From NCBI GenBank assembly GCA_043228905.1, contig JBHGNT010000007.1, forward strand, positions 3,100,001 through 3,164,000: a stretch of 64,000 nt of DNA. The letters are read 5' to 3'. Made by a program: the position numbers and the translations under genes. This stretch comes from Azolla caroliniana (Eukaryota; Plantae; Polypodiophyta). The first letter of the stretch is position 1. Each line of letters opens with the position of its first letter. Below the pieces are notes generated by a model. That model was not told the origin of the DNA. It did no database searches and saw only the letters and a list, made by a program, of their open reading frames with translations. Positions 63,795 through 64,000 of this stretch are shown one piece after another.

Positions 63795-64000
63795 TGTTAC
63801 AGGTGTGACCATAACTTATCCAGTGGTAGTTTGTACAATGGCATTCTACACACGAGGATAAAAGTGTGTTGGTTAACTGAGAGCGTAAAGAAGGGAGGAT
63901 TATTGGTAATCCTATGAATTGAGACAACCCATAAGGGCCAAGTGTGAACTTGCCTAGGGGCCTTAGGTCTAGCTATAAATATGAGGCCTAACTACCCTCA
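63795..64000 (+). mobile_element. Start of a second, diverged LTR of the same chromovirus family (cut by window edge)
   Basis: TGTTACAGGTGTGACCATA...TAAAGAAGGG...ATTGAGACAACCCAT...GGCCAAGTGTGAAC...GCTATAAAT..GAGGCCTA.CTACCCTCA is collinear with the first ~200 bp of the LTR at 31897. Confidence 0.88.

Overview
Land-plant nuclear DNA (GT-AG introns, GA/CA microsatellite-rich 5' regions; the TE families look fern-like, which is inference only). Six intron-containing genes could be spliced by hand into open frames: a small single-pass membrane protein (+), a divergent EDM2-like gene (+), plastid ClpP6 (-), a DUF3411/RETICULATA-like protein (-), a SEUSS-like co-regulator (-) and a TVP38/TMEM64 (DedA) protein (-). 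Between and inside them lie a full-length but decayed Ty3/gypsy chromovirus nested in an RTE-type LINE (5-bp TSD, both LTRs ending TA rather than CA), two non-autonomous hAT elements with perfect 8-bp TSDs, other TE relics, a PPR pseudogene fragment and many local tandem duplications. Two things stand out. (1) A 2.5-kb tandem array of about 13 decayed tRNA-Pro units (60.7-63.25 kb) that were amplified with their upstream flank and a conserved ~100-nt trailer, several showing shifted anticodons. (2) An intact EDM2-like gene that lacks the PHD fingers and has lost the methyltransferase-like motifs. All coordinates and translations were derived by eye; no database searches were run.
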